NCBI RefSeq assembly: GCF_000146505.1
Contig: NC_017448.1
Location: 960,001-992,000 of the forward strand
DNA from: Fibrobacter succinogenes subsp. succinogenes S85
GTDB lineage: Bacteria; Fibrobacterota; Fibrobacteria; Fibrobacterales; Fibrobacteraceae
Direction: 5' to 3'
Length of the DNA stretch: 32,000 nt
The notes below the pieces were generated by a model that saw only the letters and a program-made list of their open reading frames with translations, did not search any database and was not told the origin of the DNA. How positions within the stretch are numbered: position 1 is the first letter of the stretch; the number at the start of each line of letters is the position of its first letter. Positions 15,253 through 24,437 of this stretch are shown here, piece by piece. The translations under genes and the position numbers were made by a program.

Positions 15253-16767
15253 ATGCCAGATAATATCCTTTACATTGCCATTGCATCGGCAATACTTTTA
15301 CTTATCATCATCTTCGTGATGTCTTACATCAAGGCCGCCCCTGATGAAGCCATCATCGTATCCGGTATCCAGAAACAGCCTAGAGTCATCATCGGCCGTG
15401 CAGGGCTTCGCATTCCGTTCTTCGAACGCGCCGACCACCTTTCACTTCAACTGATCCAGATTGACGTGAAGACGGGCAGCCCTGTCCCCACCAAGGACTA
15501 CATCAACGTTTCCGTCGATGCTGTCGTGACCGCCAAGATTTCGGACAATCCGGACCGCCTCAAATCTTCTGCACAGAACTTCTTGAACAAGAAGCCCGAA
15601 GACATCCGCGCTATGATCGTTGACATTCTCGAAGGTAACATGCGTGAAATTGTTGGCCGTATGCAGCTCGTGGATCTCGTGGGTGACCGCAAGCAGGTTT
15701 CTGAACTCGTGCTCGAAAATGCCATCCCGGACCTTGAAAAGCTCGGCATTGTTGTGCAGACGTTCAACATCCAGAATTTTGAAGACGCCAACGGCGTGAT
15801 TGAAAACCTCGGTGTCGATAAGACATCTGCCATCCGCAAGGCAGCTGCCATTTCCAAGGCGAATGCCGAACGCGATATCAGCGTGGCTCAATCGCAGGCC
15901 AAGAAAGAAGCAAACGATGCAGCCGTTGCCGCAGAACTCGAAATTGCCCAGAAGCAGAACGACCTCGCCGTGAAAAAGGCCAACTTGCAGAAGATTTCTG
16001 ATACCGAAAAGGCAATTGCTGATGCCGCTTACGAAATCCAGAAGCAGACGCAGCAGAAGGAAATCAACGTTGCCCAGGCCGAAGCAGAAGTCGCCAAGCA
16101 AGAAAAGGAAATTGAAATTCGCGAACGCATGGTCATGGTGACCGAAAAGGAACTTAAGGCTCAAATCGAAAAGAAAGCAGAAGCCGAACGCCAGGCACAA
16201 ATCCAGCGTTCCGAAGCCGAACTCTTCCAGCAGCAAAAAGACGCTGAAGCCGTCCGCTACAAGGAAGAACAGCGCGCCAAGGCCATCAAGCAGATTGCTG
16301 ACGCTGAAAAGGAAAAGGCATTCGCAGAAGCCGAAGCTACAAAGGCAAAAGCACTCGCCGAAGCTGAAGCTACAAAGGCAAAAGGCTTAGCCGAAGCAGA
16401 AGCAATCAAGGCTCAAGGTCTTGCCGAGGCAGAAGCGCTCAACAAGAAGGCCGAAGCCATGAAGCTCTATGGTGACGCAGCCCGTCAGGAAATGCAGCTC
16501 AAAACCATTGAAAAGTACTTCGAGCAGATGCCTCAGATTGCAGCCGCCATTGCAAAGCCGATGGAAAAGATTGGCAATATCACCATGTACGGCGAAGGCA
16601 ATACGGCAAAGCTCACCGGCGATATCACCAAGACGCTCACACAGGTCACGAATGGCCTCACGGATTCGCTCGGCATTGACCTCCGTACAGTTCTTGGCTC
16701 CATGTTCGGGGCAAAACTTGCTGGAGTCACCAAGAGCGACGACTCCAAGACCGACAATAACAAATAA
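15253..16767 (+). CDS. Flotillin-family SPFH/Band-7 protein (YqiK-like)
   Basis: An N-terminal TM helix is followed by an SPFH core (IIVSGIQKQPRVIIGRAGLRIPFFERADHLSLQLIQIDVKT) and a long Ala/Glu/Lys-rich coiled-coil flotillin region. Confidence 0.9.
   Translation: MPDNILYIAIASAILLLIIIFVMSYIKAAPDEAIIVSGIQKQPRVIIGRAGLRIPFFERADHLSLQLIQIDVKTGSPVPTKDYINVSVDAVVTAKISDNPDRLKSSAQNFLNKKPEDIRAMIVDILEGNMREIVGRMQLVDLVGDRKQVSELVLENAIPDLEKLGIVVQTFNIQNFEDANGVIENLGVDKTSAIRKAAAISKANAERDISVAQSQAKKEANDAAVAAELEIAQKQNDLAVKKANLQKISDTEKAIADAAYEIQKQTQQKEINVAQAEAEVAKQEKEIEIRERMVMVTEKELKAQIEKKAEAERQAQIQRSEAELFQQQKDAEAVRYKEEQRAKAIKQIADAEKEKAFAEAEATKAKALAEAEATKAKGLAEAEAIKAQGLAEAEALNKKAEAMKLYGDAARQEMQLKTIEKYFEQMPQIAAAIAKPMEKIGNITMYGEGNTAKLTGDITKTLTQVTNGLTDSLGIDLRTVLGSMFGAKLAGVTKSDDSKTDNNK
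16324..16455 (+). repeat. Four in-frame 33-bp tandem repeats inside the flotillin gene
   Basis: Units start at 16324, 16357, 16390 and 16423. They encode AEAEATKAKAL / AEAEATKAKGL / AEAEAIKAQGL / AEAEALNKKAE. Confidence 0.85.
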
Positions 16768-16791
16768 TTCCTGAGAAATCAATCTCAACCA

Positions 16792-16826
16792 GGAGACTTC
16801 GTTTTATACCGAAGCCTCCATTTTTA
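16792..16826 (+). terminator. Rho-independent terminator after the flotillin gene
   Basis: GGAGACTTCG-ttttatac-CGAAGCCTCC (9 of 10 pairs) followed by ATTTTTA. Confidence 0.7.
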
Positions 16827-16838
16827 TATATTCCTTAT

Positions 16839-17417
16839 ATGCGATTCGTGTGTTTTACAGTGTTATTCCTAACAGTATTCACCTTTGCCGCCTCCCCCGC
16901 AAAGGCAGATTCCGCTGAACTCTCGGAAACACTCGTTGCAGCACAGGATACCATTGTCGATACCATCTACGTTATTCAAGAAAGCGGAATTCCCTGGAAC
17001 CGCGAAAACTTTGACCCAGAGCGCCTAGTACGTCACGACACATTCGATCCCGCTCTAAAAGTCGCTTACACCTATTCTGTAAGCTTCATCGGCGGTTCAT
17101 TCGGATCATTTGCACAGCAAAGCTTTATGGCACATTTCGCTTATGAATTCACTCCTAATTTGCATTTATACGCAAACGTAGGGCTTTGGATGCCGCTCTA
17201 CTCAAGCATCCACTTCGGCAACCGCATTGCCCGTGAAGACGTGAAGCAAGGGAACGTAGGCCTATTAGTTCCAGACATCGCTCTTGAATACAAGCCAAAC
17301 GACAAAGTTTCTCTCAAGGTCATGTACATCAACGAACGAGACGCTTTCAGGGCCTATGGGCCACACCGCTATTTTTACGACGGATGCCCGTGGAGCAACC
17401 CGCGTTATTGCTGGTAA
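16839..17417 (+). CDS. Secreted beta-rich hypothetical protein (tandem paralog A)
   Basis: Signal peptide MRFVCFTVLFLTVFTFAASPAKA. Alternating-hydrophobic strands include KVAYTYSVSF, SFMAHFAYEF and LHLYANVGLW. The C-terminal Cys pair is CPWSNPRYCW. By eye it is about two-thirds identical to 17655..18242. Confidence 0.7.
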   Translation: MRFVCFTVLFLTVFTFAASPAKADSAELSETLVAAQDTIVDTIYVIQESGIPWNRENFDPERLVRHDTFDPALKVAYTYSVSFIGGSFGSFAQQSFMAHFAYEFTPNLHLYANVGLWMPLYSSIHFGNRIAREDVKQGNVGLLVPDIALEYKPNDKVSLKVMYINERDAFRAYGPHRYFYDGCPWSNPRYCW

Positions 17418-17654
17418 TTATTTTACTACTCTCGCCTCGCACACTTTTGACGCCTTCGGCGTCATCTGCGTGGCTCGGAACTTTAGTTCCGTTCAATATT
17501 CTTTTTTATTGTTTCAGCCACTGATATGACTTGGTTGTAGTTCTCTTGCTTTAGCAAGTTAGAAATACACCAATGTCATTGGGCGGCGGCTCAGTAATGA
17601 GAAAGCAAGCTTTCTCGCTACTTTCGCCTCGCACACTTTTGTATATTCGTTTTC

Positions 17655-18242
17655 ATGAAACGAATTATTTTATCTGCTCTTTGCATATCAACGCTTGCCT
17701 TCGCAAACGTAACAACAAACATCAAATCGTCCGAAATGGCCACTCAAGTCATTGCCGAAACATCAGTTTCCACAAGCGATAAAACCGAAGCCAATTACGA
17801 ATTTCGAAACGACGGCATTCCCTGGAATCGCGAATTTGATTCTGACCGCATGGTCCGTCACCAGACATTCGATCCAGCCTTAAAAGTCGCTTACTCCTAC
17901 TCACTCAATTTTGTAGCAGGAAGTTTCGGGTCGTTCGCAAACCAAAGCTTTATGGGACATTTCGCCTATGAGTTCACACCGAATCTTCACTTGTACGCAA
18001 ACATTGGTCTCTGGACGCCTATTTACGCAAACATTAGTAACGGTTCCCGCATAGCAAGAGAGGACTTACGTCAAGGCAATGTTAGCGTGTTGATTCCAGA
18101 TGTTTCACTAGAATACAAGCCTAGCGAAAACACATTAATAAGAATCTCTTACGTTAATGAACGAGACGCCTTAAAAGCTTACGGCCCACGCAGTTTCTTC
18201 CACAGTGAATGTCCTAGCCGAAGTTCTGTACTCTGCCAGTAA
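17655..18242 (+). CDS. Secreted beta-rich hypothetical protein (tandem paralog B)
   Basis: Signal peptide MKRIILSALCISTLAFA. It shares the IPWNRE...RHxTFDPALKVAY...GSFGSFAxQSFMxHFAYEFTPNLHLYAN...IARED...LEYKP...NERDA core. The C-terminal Cys pair is CPSRSSVLCQ. Confidence 0.7.
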   Translation: MKRIILSALCISTLAFANVTTNIKSSEMATQVIAETSVSTSDKTEANYEFRNDGIPWNREFDSDRMVRHQTFDPALKVAYSYSLNFVAGSFGSFANQSFMGHFAYEFTPNLHLYANIGLWTPIYANISNGSRIAREDLRQGNVSVLIPDVSLEYKPSENTLIRISYVNERDALKAYGPRSFFHSECPSRSSVLCQ

Positions 18243-18264
18243 GCACTTCCATTCAACATTGTCA

Positions 18265-18290
18265 CCCCGGATTTTTCCGGGGCTTTTTTA
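18265..18290 (+). terminator. Rho-independent terminator after paralog B
   Basis: CCCCGGA-tttt-TCCGGGG followed by CTTTTTTATTTTTTT. Confidence 0.85.
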
Positions 18291-18316
18291 TTTTTTTCTA
18301 GATTTTATAGCAAAGA

Positions 18317-18754
18317 ATGTTCCATAACTATTCTAAAGCGCTCCACTTAAACTTTGCCGTAGGAGTTTCTTCGGCTGTTTTTGCCGTATTCCTCTTTGCA
18401 GGCTGTGAAGAAGAAAAGCCGGCCCCAGTTGTTCGCGAAGTCCGCAGCATCAAGGGCGAAGTCGAGGTGCTGAACAGCTGTAGCATGAAAGGCGCAGCCA
18501 CTAAAATGCGGACATTCTTACGCGATAACGGATTTGATGTCGTCCACATCGAAAACGAACGACTCCAGAACTACGACGAAACGGTCATCGTGCTCAGAAA
18601 CCCGGAATGGGAAGGCGCACAGGCACTCGCCGCCACCTTAAAGACTAAGAACATTCTTGTTTTACTCAACAAGAACGCGACCGTCGATGCAGTCGTACAC
18701 ACCGGAAGAGATTTTCAACAAATAATAGAACCCGATCAGAGAGAAAAAAAATGA
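18317..18754 (+). CDS. LytR_C-domain lipoprotein
   Basis: Lipobox LFAGC. The pattern VEVLNSCSMKGAATKMRTFLRDNGFDVVHIENE...ETVIVLRN fits the LytR C-terminal domain. The stop overlaps the rsfS start (ATGA). Confidence 0.65.
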   Translation: MFHNYSKALHLNFAVGVSSAVFAVFLFAGCEEEKPAPVVREVRSIKGEVEVLNSCSMKGAATKMRTFLRDNGFDVVHIENERLQNYDETVIVLRNPEWEGAQALAATLKTKNILVLLNKNATVDAVVHTGRDFQQIIEPDQREKK

Positions 18755-19170
18755 CAGCAACAAATAACCAAGATTTTTCTGAAACCGTTAAGCTTGGTGC
18801 AGGTATCCTTTTTGAACTTCGCGCCCAGAACGTGCAGCTCATTGACCTCCGCGGCGTCAAAAACGAAGCGGATTACTTCCTCATCGCCACTTGCGAAAGT
18901 GAAGCCCAGATGCAGGCTATCTTGAATGAACTCACCAAGGAATTCAAGGCTCGCAAGCTCCACTATGTCGGCGTTGAATACAAGGAAGGCGTACGCTGGG
19001 CTATCTTCGATGCTGGTCTTGACCTGATGGTTCACCTCTTCGAAGAAGAAAAGAGAAACGAAATTTCCTTCGACCGCCTCTATGCAGACGGCAAACTCAT
19101 GAACCTCGACGAACACGACTTCATCCGCGAAGACGCCAAGAAGTCTGGAGACGACAATGAACTCATTTAA
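18751..19170 (+). CDS. rsfS: Ribosome silencing factor (iojap-like)
   Basis: DYFLIATCESEAQMQAI...RWAIFDAGLDLMVHLFEEEKRNEISFDRLY matches the RsfS/DUF143 core. Confidence 0.85.
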   Translation: MTATNNQDFSETVKLGAGILFELRAQNVQLIDLRGVKNEADYFLIATCESEAQMQAILNELTKEFKARKLHYVGVEYKEGVRWAIFDAGLDLMVHLFEEEKRNEISFDRLYADGKLMNLDEHDFIREDAKKSGDDNELI

Positions 19171-20869
19171 TGCAGAAATCGCAAAGGCACTTGCAGCAAC
19201 TGGAGCTTTTGACGAAGAAGCCGCATTGAAGCTTATTTCCGTACCGCCTGATACAAGTCACGGAAACTACACCATTCCTTGCTTTTCTCTCGCAAAGACT
19301 CTGCGCAAGGCACCGAAGCTCATTGCCGAAGATTTAGCAGCCAAGGTTCAGCTCCCGGCTGGACTTTCTAAAGTTGAAGCTGTAAACGGTTACCTCAACT
19401 TCTTCATTGACCGTGGATTCCTCGCCAAGTCTACACTCAACGAAATCGCCGCCAAGGGTTTGGAATACGGCCACGCCGCATCGAATGGCAAGGTTGTCTG
19501 CATTGACTACAGCTCCCCGAACATCGGTAAGGAACTCGCCTTCCATCACTTGCGCTCCACCATGATCGGTAACTCGCTCGCCCGAATCTACAAGGCCGCC
19601 GGTTACAAGGTCGAACGCATCAACCACCTCGGTGACTGGGGAACCGCATTCGGTAAGCTCATCGTGATGTACCTCCGCGAAAAGCTCCCGACCGACGAAG
19701 CTACTTTGAACGCACTCACCGTGAAGGAACTCAACATCCTTTACGCCAGCTTCTCCAAGGCTTCCAAGGAAGAACCCGGCCTCGAAGACGAAGCACGCGC
19801 CGCATTCACAAAGCTCGAACAGGGTGACGAATTCTACCGCAAGCTGTGGACCGCTTTCCGCGCCGCAACGCTCAAGGAACTCATGCGCATTTACGACATG
19901 ATGGGCGTTGGCTTTGACCACTACACCGGTGAATCTTTCTTCGAAGACAAGATTCCGGCAGTGCTCGATGAACTCCGCGAAAAGAACTTGTTGGTGAACA
20001 GCCAGGAACGCGACGTGGTGATGCTCGACGAATTTGACCTGAACCCGTGCCTTATCCGCAAGAGTGACGGTTCCACGTTGTATGCAACACGCGACCTCGC
20101 TGCCGCCATCTACCGCAAGAAAGAATACAACTTTGACAAGTGCCTTTACGTGGTGGACTTGGGACAAGCTCTCCACTTCAAGCAGGTGTTCCACGTGCTC
20201 AAGAAGATGGGCCGCGAATGGTACAAGGATATGTACCACATTCCGTTCGGCGTGATCCTCCAGATGGTCGACGGCAAGTGGGAAAAGGGCAAGACCCGTA
20301 CCGGTACGGCAAGCCTCCTCCGCGACGTGATCGAAGCCGCCCAGAAAAAGATTCTTGAATTCATCGACGAAAAGAATCCAGGCCTCGAAAACAAGGAACT
20401 CATTGCACGCCAGATCGGTATCAGCGCACTTACCTTCAACGACCTCAAGAACAGCCGCTTGAAGGATGTCCGCTTTGACTGGGATGCCGTGATGAGCTTC
20501 GAAGGCGACACAGGTCCGTACGTGCAGAACGCACACGTCCGTCTTTGCAGCATTATGCGCAAGGCTGGCTACACCGTTCCGGTGGCTGACGTGGATTACG
20601 CACAGCTTACCGATGACGCCGCCTATAGCCTCATCAACATTCTCGCCAAGAAGGGCGAAAAGATTCTCGCCGCCGTCAAGGATGATGAACCGAGCGTGCT
20701 CGCGCAATACGCACTCGAAATTGCCGAAGCCGCACACAAGTTCATCCACGAAGACCGCGTGCTCGGATCTGCCGAAGAAAAGTCCAGACTCTTCCTCGTG
20801 CAATCCACACAGATTGTGCTCGAAAACGTCCTTGACTTGCTCGGCCTCTTCCCGATCCGCCAGATGTAG
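19157..20869 (+). CDS. argS: Arginine--tRNA ligase
   Basis: Class I signature region SSPNIGKELAFHHLRSTMIGNSL, a Rossmann core, and a C-terminal DALR-type anticodon-binding domain ending ...PIRQM. It overlaps rsfS by 14 nt. Confidence 0.95.
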   Translation: MNSFNAEIAKALAATGAFDEEAALKLISVPPDTSHGNYTIPCFSLAKTLRKAPKLIAEDLAAKVQLPAGLSKVEAVNGYLNFFIDRGFLAKSTLNEIAAKGLEYGHAASNGKVVCIDYSSPNIGKELAFHHLRSTMIGNSLARIYKAAGYKVERINHLGDWGTAFGKLIVMYLREKLPTDEATLNALTVKELNILYASFSKASKEEPGLEDEARAAFTKLEQGDEFYRKLWTAFRAATLKELMRIYDMMGVGFDHYTGESFFEDKIPAVLDELREKNLLVNSQERDVVMLDEFDLNPCLIRKSDGSTLYATRDLAAAIYRKKEYNFDKCLYVVDLGQALHFKQVFHVLKKMGREWYKDMYHIPFGVILQMVDGKWEKGKTRTGTASLLRDVIEAAQKKILEFIDEKNPGLENKELIARQIGISALTFNDLKNSRLKDVRFDWDAVMSFEGDTGPYVQNAHVRLCSIMRKAGYTVPVADVDYAQLTDDAAYSLINILAKKGEKILAAVKDDEPSVLAQYALEIAEAAHKFIHEDRVLGSAEEKSRLFLVQSTQIVLENVLDLLGLFPIRQM

Positions 20870-20944
20870 CTACGCAGCTTGTGAGGTATGAGCTCGTGCT
20901 TCGCACTATGGGCTCGCCTTGCAAGGCAAGGCTTTGAGCAAAAG

Positions 20945-20978
20945 CAAAAAACGAGAGTATTACACTCTCGTTTTTTTA
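20945..20978. terminator. Bidirectional rho-independent terminator between convergent argS and the FISUMP gene
   Basis: AAAAAA-ACGAGAGT-attac-ACTCTCGT-TTTTTT. Confidence 0.85.
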
Positions 20979-21052
20979 TTGTATTTAAAACCTCAAAGCG
21001 GAGCGACCTCAGAGGGAGCCTTGGCGACCGCCCTCATAGCCCATAGCCCTAC

Positions 21053-22174
21053 TTAATTTCCGTTAATGCAGCGGACAGAATAGCCGTTGTTCTTTGCGGT
21101 TGCGGGGACGAGTTGGCGGACCATCTGGTCACTCATACGGCCCATAGCCCAAAGCCAAATCGTTTCGTTGCGGCCGTTCTGAGCAGACCAGAAACCAGCA
21201 TATTCGCCCATGTCTTCATAGCGAATCGTAGCCTTGCCGAGAACCTTGCGATAGCCCGAGGAGAAAATGGTGAAACCATATTCGTCGGTACCGCCACCAC
21301 CCTGCCAGCCAGTCGTTGCCTTCATCTTGGTAGCAAAGTTACCGCACTTGTCCACACCGTCATAGCAGCCCGTGAGGCCCTTGAGCATGTCGGACCATTC
21401 GCGGTCACGCGGCAAGTGCCAACCTTCCGGGCAAGCCTTGCGAGCGCCTTCAAGGTCGTACAAGCGACCGCTACGTGCGCAGTAAGAATCCTTGTCTTCA
21501 TAGCACCAGGAGTGGCCTTCGACATTGTAGTTCACGTTCTGTGCGAACCATTCACGGCCTTCAACCTTGATGATTCGATAAACTTGTCCGTCACGCGGGT
21601 CCGTAAACGAAGTGGACTTGTCGCGGATTTCTGCACGGTGTTCCTGTTCGGCAACGCGGAATGCGGAGAGCTGTTCGCGCTTGTACTTTTGACGGCCTTC
21701 AAGTTCAGCCACCCAAGCCTTCTGGGCCTGCGGGTTTGTAAACTTTATACGCAAATCATGTACGTTGAACAAGTCGTTACCGCAAGCAAAGTCCACACCG
21801 GCGATATTGATGATGAGGTCTTCGTTGCCAAAGTGGCGCGGCTTGTCGAAATAAGAAATCCACGCTTCCATGGTATTGCGGCAATTTTCGTAGAAGTTCG
21901 GATCTTCGACCATCTTTGCAGGAACAGTCATGTTACCGGCAACAGAAAAGTCAAACTTGTCATCCAAAACGCGGAAGGAAACCGGCTGGACATTCTTGTA
22001 ATGGGTGTATTCGCCAAAACGAATATTTCCGTCAATCTTGGCCGCGGCATAATCGCCCTGACCTTCGGCGTTAAAAATGGCATCCCAAGTCTTAGGAGGT
22101 GCAGCAAACACCTGCGCAACAGACAAAGCGAGCACGGAGTATATTCCCAGTCTGAACAATTTAATTCTCTCCAT
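21053..22174 (-). CDS. Secreted protein with the Fibrobacter succinogenes major paralogous (FISUMP, TIGR02145-type) C-terminal domain
   Basis: Signal peptide MERIKLFRLGIYSVLALSVAQVFA. The C-terminal part WFAQNVNY...SWCYEDKDSYCARSGRLYDLEGARKACPEGWHLPRDREWSDM...GFWSA...GYSVRCI follows the FISUMP pattern. Confidence 0.85.
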   Translation of the reverse strand: MERIKLFRLGIYSVLALSVAQVFAAPPKTWDAIFNAEGQGDYAAAKIDGNIRFGEYTHYKNVQPVSFRVLDDKFDFSVAGNMTVPAKMVEDPNFYENCRNTMEAWISYFDKPRHFGNEDLIINIAGVDFACGNDLFNVHDLRIKFTNPQAQKAWVAELEGRQKYKREQLSAFRVAEQEHRAEIRDKSTSFTDPRDGQVYRIIKVEGREWFAQNVNYNVEGHSWCYEDKDSYCARSGRLYDLEGARKACPEGWHLPRDREWSDMLKGLTGCYDGVDKCGNFATKMKATTGWQGGGGTDEYGFTIFSSGYRKVLGKATIRYEDMGEYAGFWSAQNGRNETIWLWAMGRMSDQMVRQLVPATAKNNGYSVRCINGN

Positions 22175-22274
22175 TTTTCGATACTTTTTATTTCTTAGTG
22201 TAATGTTAGTTATTTTTCATCTACTTGGAAATAAAATATTTGGTAACATGGCCTAAATTTTTTAATATTATAGT

Positions 22275-23120
22275 ATGTCTATGACTCGTTATATTCTCCA
22301 GATCCTTTGCCCTGACCAAAAAGGGCTTATCGCCGGCACAACGCAAGTTCTTGCCAAAGCCGGAGCCAACATTATTGACCTCCAGCAACATACCGCCAAG
22401 GATATCGAAACGTTTTTCTTACGTGCCGTTTTCGACATTGAAGCGGATGGCATCCCCGAAGTCAAAAGACACCTTGAAACAATCGCTCCGCACCTTCAGC
22501 TGAACTGGAAACTGTTCGACACCTCCAAAACCGAACGCGTTGCCATTTTTGTTTCGAAGACGGACCACTGCCTTTACGACTTGCTCCTCAAACGCCGCGA
22601 TGGCGACCTTCCCTGCGAATTCAGCTGCATCGTGGGTAACCACCCGGACTTAGGCCCGGTCGGAGGCTCCTTCGGCGTGCCGTTCTACTACGTGCCGTCC
22701 AACCCGGACAAGACGATTCCCGAGAACCGTTTCCGCGAGATCATCGAAGAAACCAAGACGGATACAATCGTCCTTGCACGCTACATGCAGATTTTGACCG
22801 CTCAGTTCACGGAAGAATTCAAGTACCGCATCATCAACATCCACCACGGGTTCCTCCCGGCATTCAAGGGCGCAAAGCCTTATCACCAAGCATGGCACAA
22901 GGGTGTGAAGATTATCGGTGCAACAGCGCATTTTGCCACTGAAGACCTCGACCAGGGTCCGATTATTTGCCAAGACATCCAGCGCGTCCCCGAAACAGCA
23001 AGCATCGATGAACTCGTCGAACTCGGCAAGGATATCGAAAAGCGCACGCTTTCGCAGGCCCTCAAGCTGTGGCTGGAACACCGCGTGTTCGTTCACGCCG
23101 GCAGAACGTTTATTCTCTAG
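22275..23120 (+). CDS. purU: Formyltetrahydrofolate deformylase
   Basis: N-terminal ACT domain (ILQILCPDQKGLIAGTTQVLAKAGANI) plus a formyltransferase core (NIHHGFLPAFKGAKPYHQA, GATAHFATEDLDQGPII). Confidence 0.95.
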   Translation: MSMTRYILQILCPDQKGLIAGTTQVLAKAGANIIDLQQHTAKDIETFFLRAVFDIEADGIPEVKRHLETIAPHLQLNWKLFDTSKTERVAIFVSKTDHCLYDLLLKRRDGDLPCEFSCIVGNHPDLGPVGGSFGVPFYYVPSNPDKTIPENRFREIIEETKTDTIVLARYMQILTAQFTEEFKYRIINIHHGFLPAFKGAKPYHQAWHKGVKIIGATAHFATEDLDQGPIICQDIQRVPETASIDELVELGKDIEKRTLSQALKLWLEHRVFVHAGRTFIL

Positions 23121-23129
23121 GAGATCCAA

Positions 23130-23732
23130 ATGTCCGAAGAAATCAAGAATGAAGTCCCCGCTCAAGAGCCGACCGCCACTGCGGACAGCGAAGTCAAGAC
23201 CGAAGCTAAAGCCGAAGTCCACCAGACAAGCTTTGAATCTACTGAAGAGCTCGTCAATCCGCTGACAGGCGAAGTCATTTCGCCGGCAAAGCCCAAGGAA
23301 CCGAAATCCAATTCGCCGTACAAGCAGTTCAAGCCGGAAACGTTCGTGAACCCGATGACAGGCGAAGAAGAACAGACCACGATTGGTTCCCAGGTCATCA
23401 TCAAGAAGGACCGCGGACTCGCCTACTACGTCGGCTTTGCACTGCTCGTCGTAATGAGCATCGCATTCTTCTTCTTGCCGGGCATTGCCATCACGTTCGC
23501 CGTAAGCCGTCTCGTGGACCTGAACACGTCTGCAGCATGGATCTTCAGCTCCATCTTGAGCTTCGGTGTCTGGCTTATTTTCAAGCTGAAAATCAAGGGT
23601 TTCGAAAAATCCTTCCACAGCTATTTAGTACTTTGCGTGATATGCTTGGTCGCCATGTTCGCGATCCAGTTCATCACCGATTATAACGTCATCTCTGAAG
23701 TCGTAGCGCTCCTCATCGGAGCCAAAGCTTAG
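23130..23732 (+). CDS. Hypothetical membrane protein with acidic N-terminal tail
   Basis: AGGAG lies 7 nt upstream of the ATG. The N-terminal part is disordered and contains VNPLTGEV and VNPMTGEE. The C-terminal half has about four hydrophobic helices. Confidence 0.6.
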   Translation: MSEEIKNEVPAQEPTATADSEVKTEAKAEVHQTSFESTEELVNPLTGEVISPAKPKEPKSNSPYKQFKPETFVNPMTGEEEQTTIGSQVIIKKDRGLAYYVGFALLVVMSIAFFFLPGIAITFAVSRLVDLNTSAAWIFSSILSFGVWLIFKLKIKGFEKSFHSYLVLCVICLVAMFAIQFITDYNVISEVVALLIGAKA

Positions 23733-23741
23733 GAATTTGCA

Positions 23742-24413
23742 ATGAACAATACAGATACTTTTGTACACTTTCTCGTAGAATCTGGCGCCCTCAAGTTCGG
23801 CAACTTCGTCACCAAGAGCGGTCGCGAAACTCCTTACTTTATCAATACTGGAGAGTTCCGCACGGGTGCATCCCTTTCCAAGCTCGCAGAATTCTACGCC
23901 GCAGCATTCATGGTTCACTTTGACGGCAAGGCCCAGAACCTCTATGGTCCGGCATACAAGGGCATCCCCCTTTGCGCAGCCACTGCCATGAAGCTCTCTG
24001 ACGTGTACGCCCAGAACCTTACTTTTACGTACAACAGAAAAGAAGTCAAGGACCACGGTGAAGGCGGTTCCCTCGTCGGTTACAAGTATTCCGAAAAGAC
24101 GAACGTCGTCATTATCGAAGACGTGATTACCGCAGGTACTTCCGTCAACGAAACGATGCAGGCTCTTTCTCAAATCGAAAACGCCAATGTCGTCGGCCTC
24201 CTCATTTCTGTGGACCGCAAGGAAAAACTCGAAAACGGCAAGTCCGCTCTCCAGACTGTTCAGGATGAATACGGCATCGAAGCCCATTCCATCGTGAACA
24301 TCAACGACATCATCGCTTTCCTCGAAAACGAAGAAAACCGCAAGGCCATTAACGCTCCCGAAGGAATCCTTGAACGCGTTTACGCCTACCGTGAAAAGTG
24401 GGGCGCCGTCTAA
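23742..24413 (+). CDS. pyrE: Orotate phosphoribosyltransferase
   Basis: GALKFGNFVTKSGRETPYFIN and the PRPP-binding loop VVIIEDVITAGTSVNET. Confidence 0.95.
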   Translation: MNNTDTFVHFLVESGALKFGNFVTKSGRETPYFINTGEFRTGASLSKLAEFYAAAFMVHFDGKAQNLYGPAYKGIPLCAATAMKLSDVYAQNLTFTYNRKEVKDHGEGGSLVGYKYSEKTNVVIIEDVITAGTSVNETMQALSQIENANVVGLLISVDRKEKLENGKSALQTVQDEYGIEAHSIVNINDIIAFLENEENRKAINAPEGILERVYAYREKWGAV

Positions 24414-24437
24414 GGTTCCCGCAATAAACGAGAGCAA

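Noticed and set aside
15442-16236. 264-aa ORF antisense to the flotillin gene. The same applies to 28033..28821 antisense to map, 12027..12536 and 11340..11750 antisense to miaB, and 559..1161 and 1470..1997 antisense to the first two genes.
   Set aside because: All lie opposite genes with strong motif support and have repetitive, Leu/Phe/Val-rich translations.
17573-17782. 69-aa ORF overlapping the start of paralog B
   Set aside because: It is out of frame with a gene supported by paralogy and a signal peptide, and has no features of its own.
18751-19170. A T-box or other leader riboswitch upstream of argS, and likewise upstream of pyrE, panD and purU
   Set aside because: argS overlaps rsfS, and pyrE and panD are 6-9 nt from the preceding genes, so there is no room for a leader RNA. 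The purU upstream region (22175-22274) showed no recognisable conserved riboswitch structure by eye.
19334-20803. 489-aa ORF antisense to argS
   Set aside because: argS motifs on the + strand are decisive. The antisense product has no recognisable domain and mirrors the argS reading frame.
21113-22198. 361-aa + strand ORF overlapping the FISUMP gene
   Set aside because: The minus-strand product has a signal peptide and the TIGR02145-type domain, whereas the + strand product has neither.
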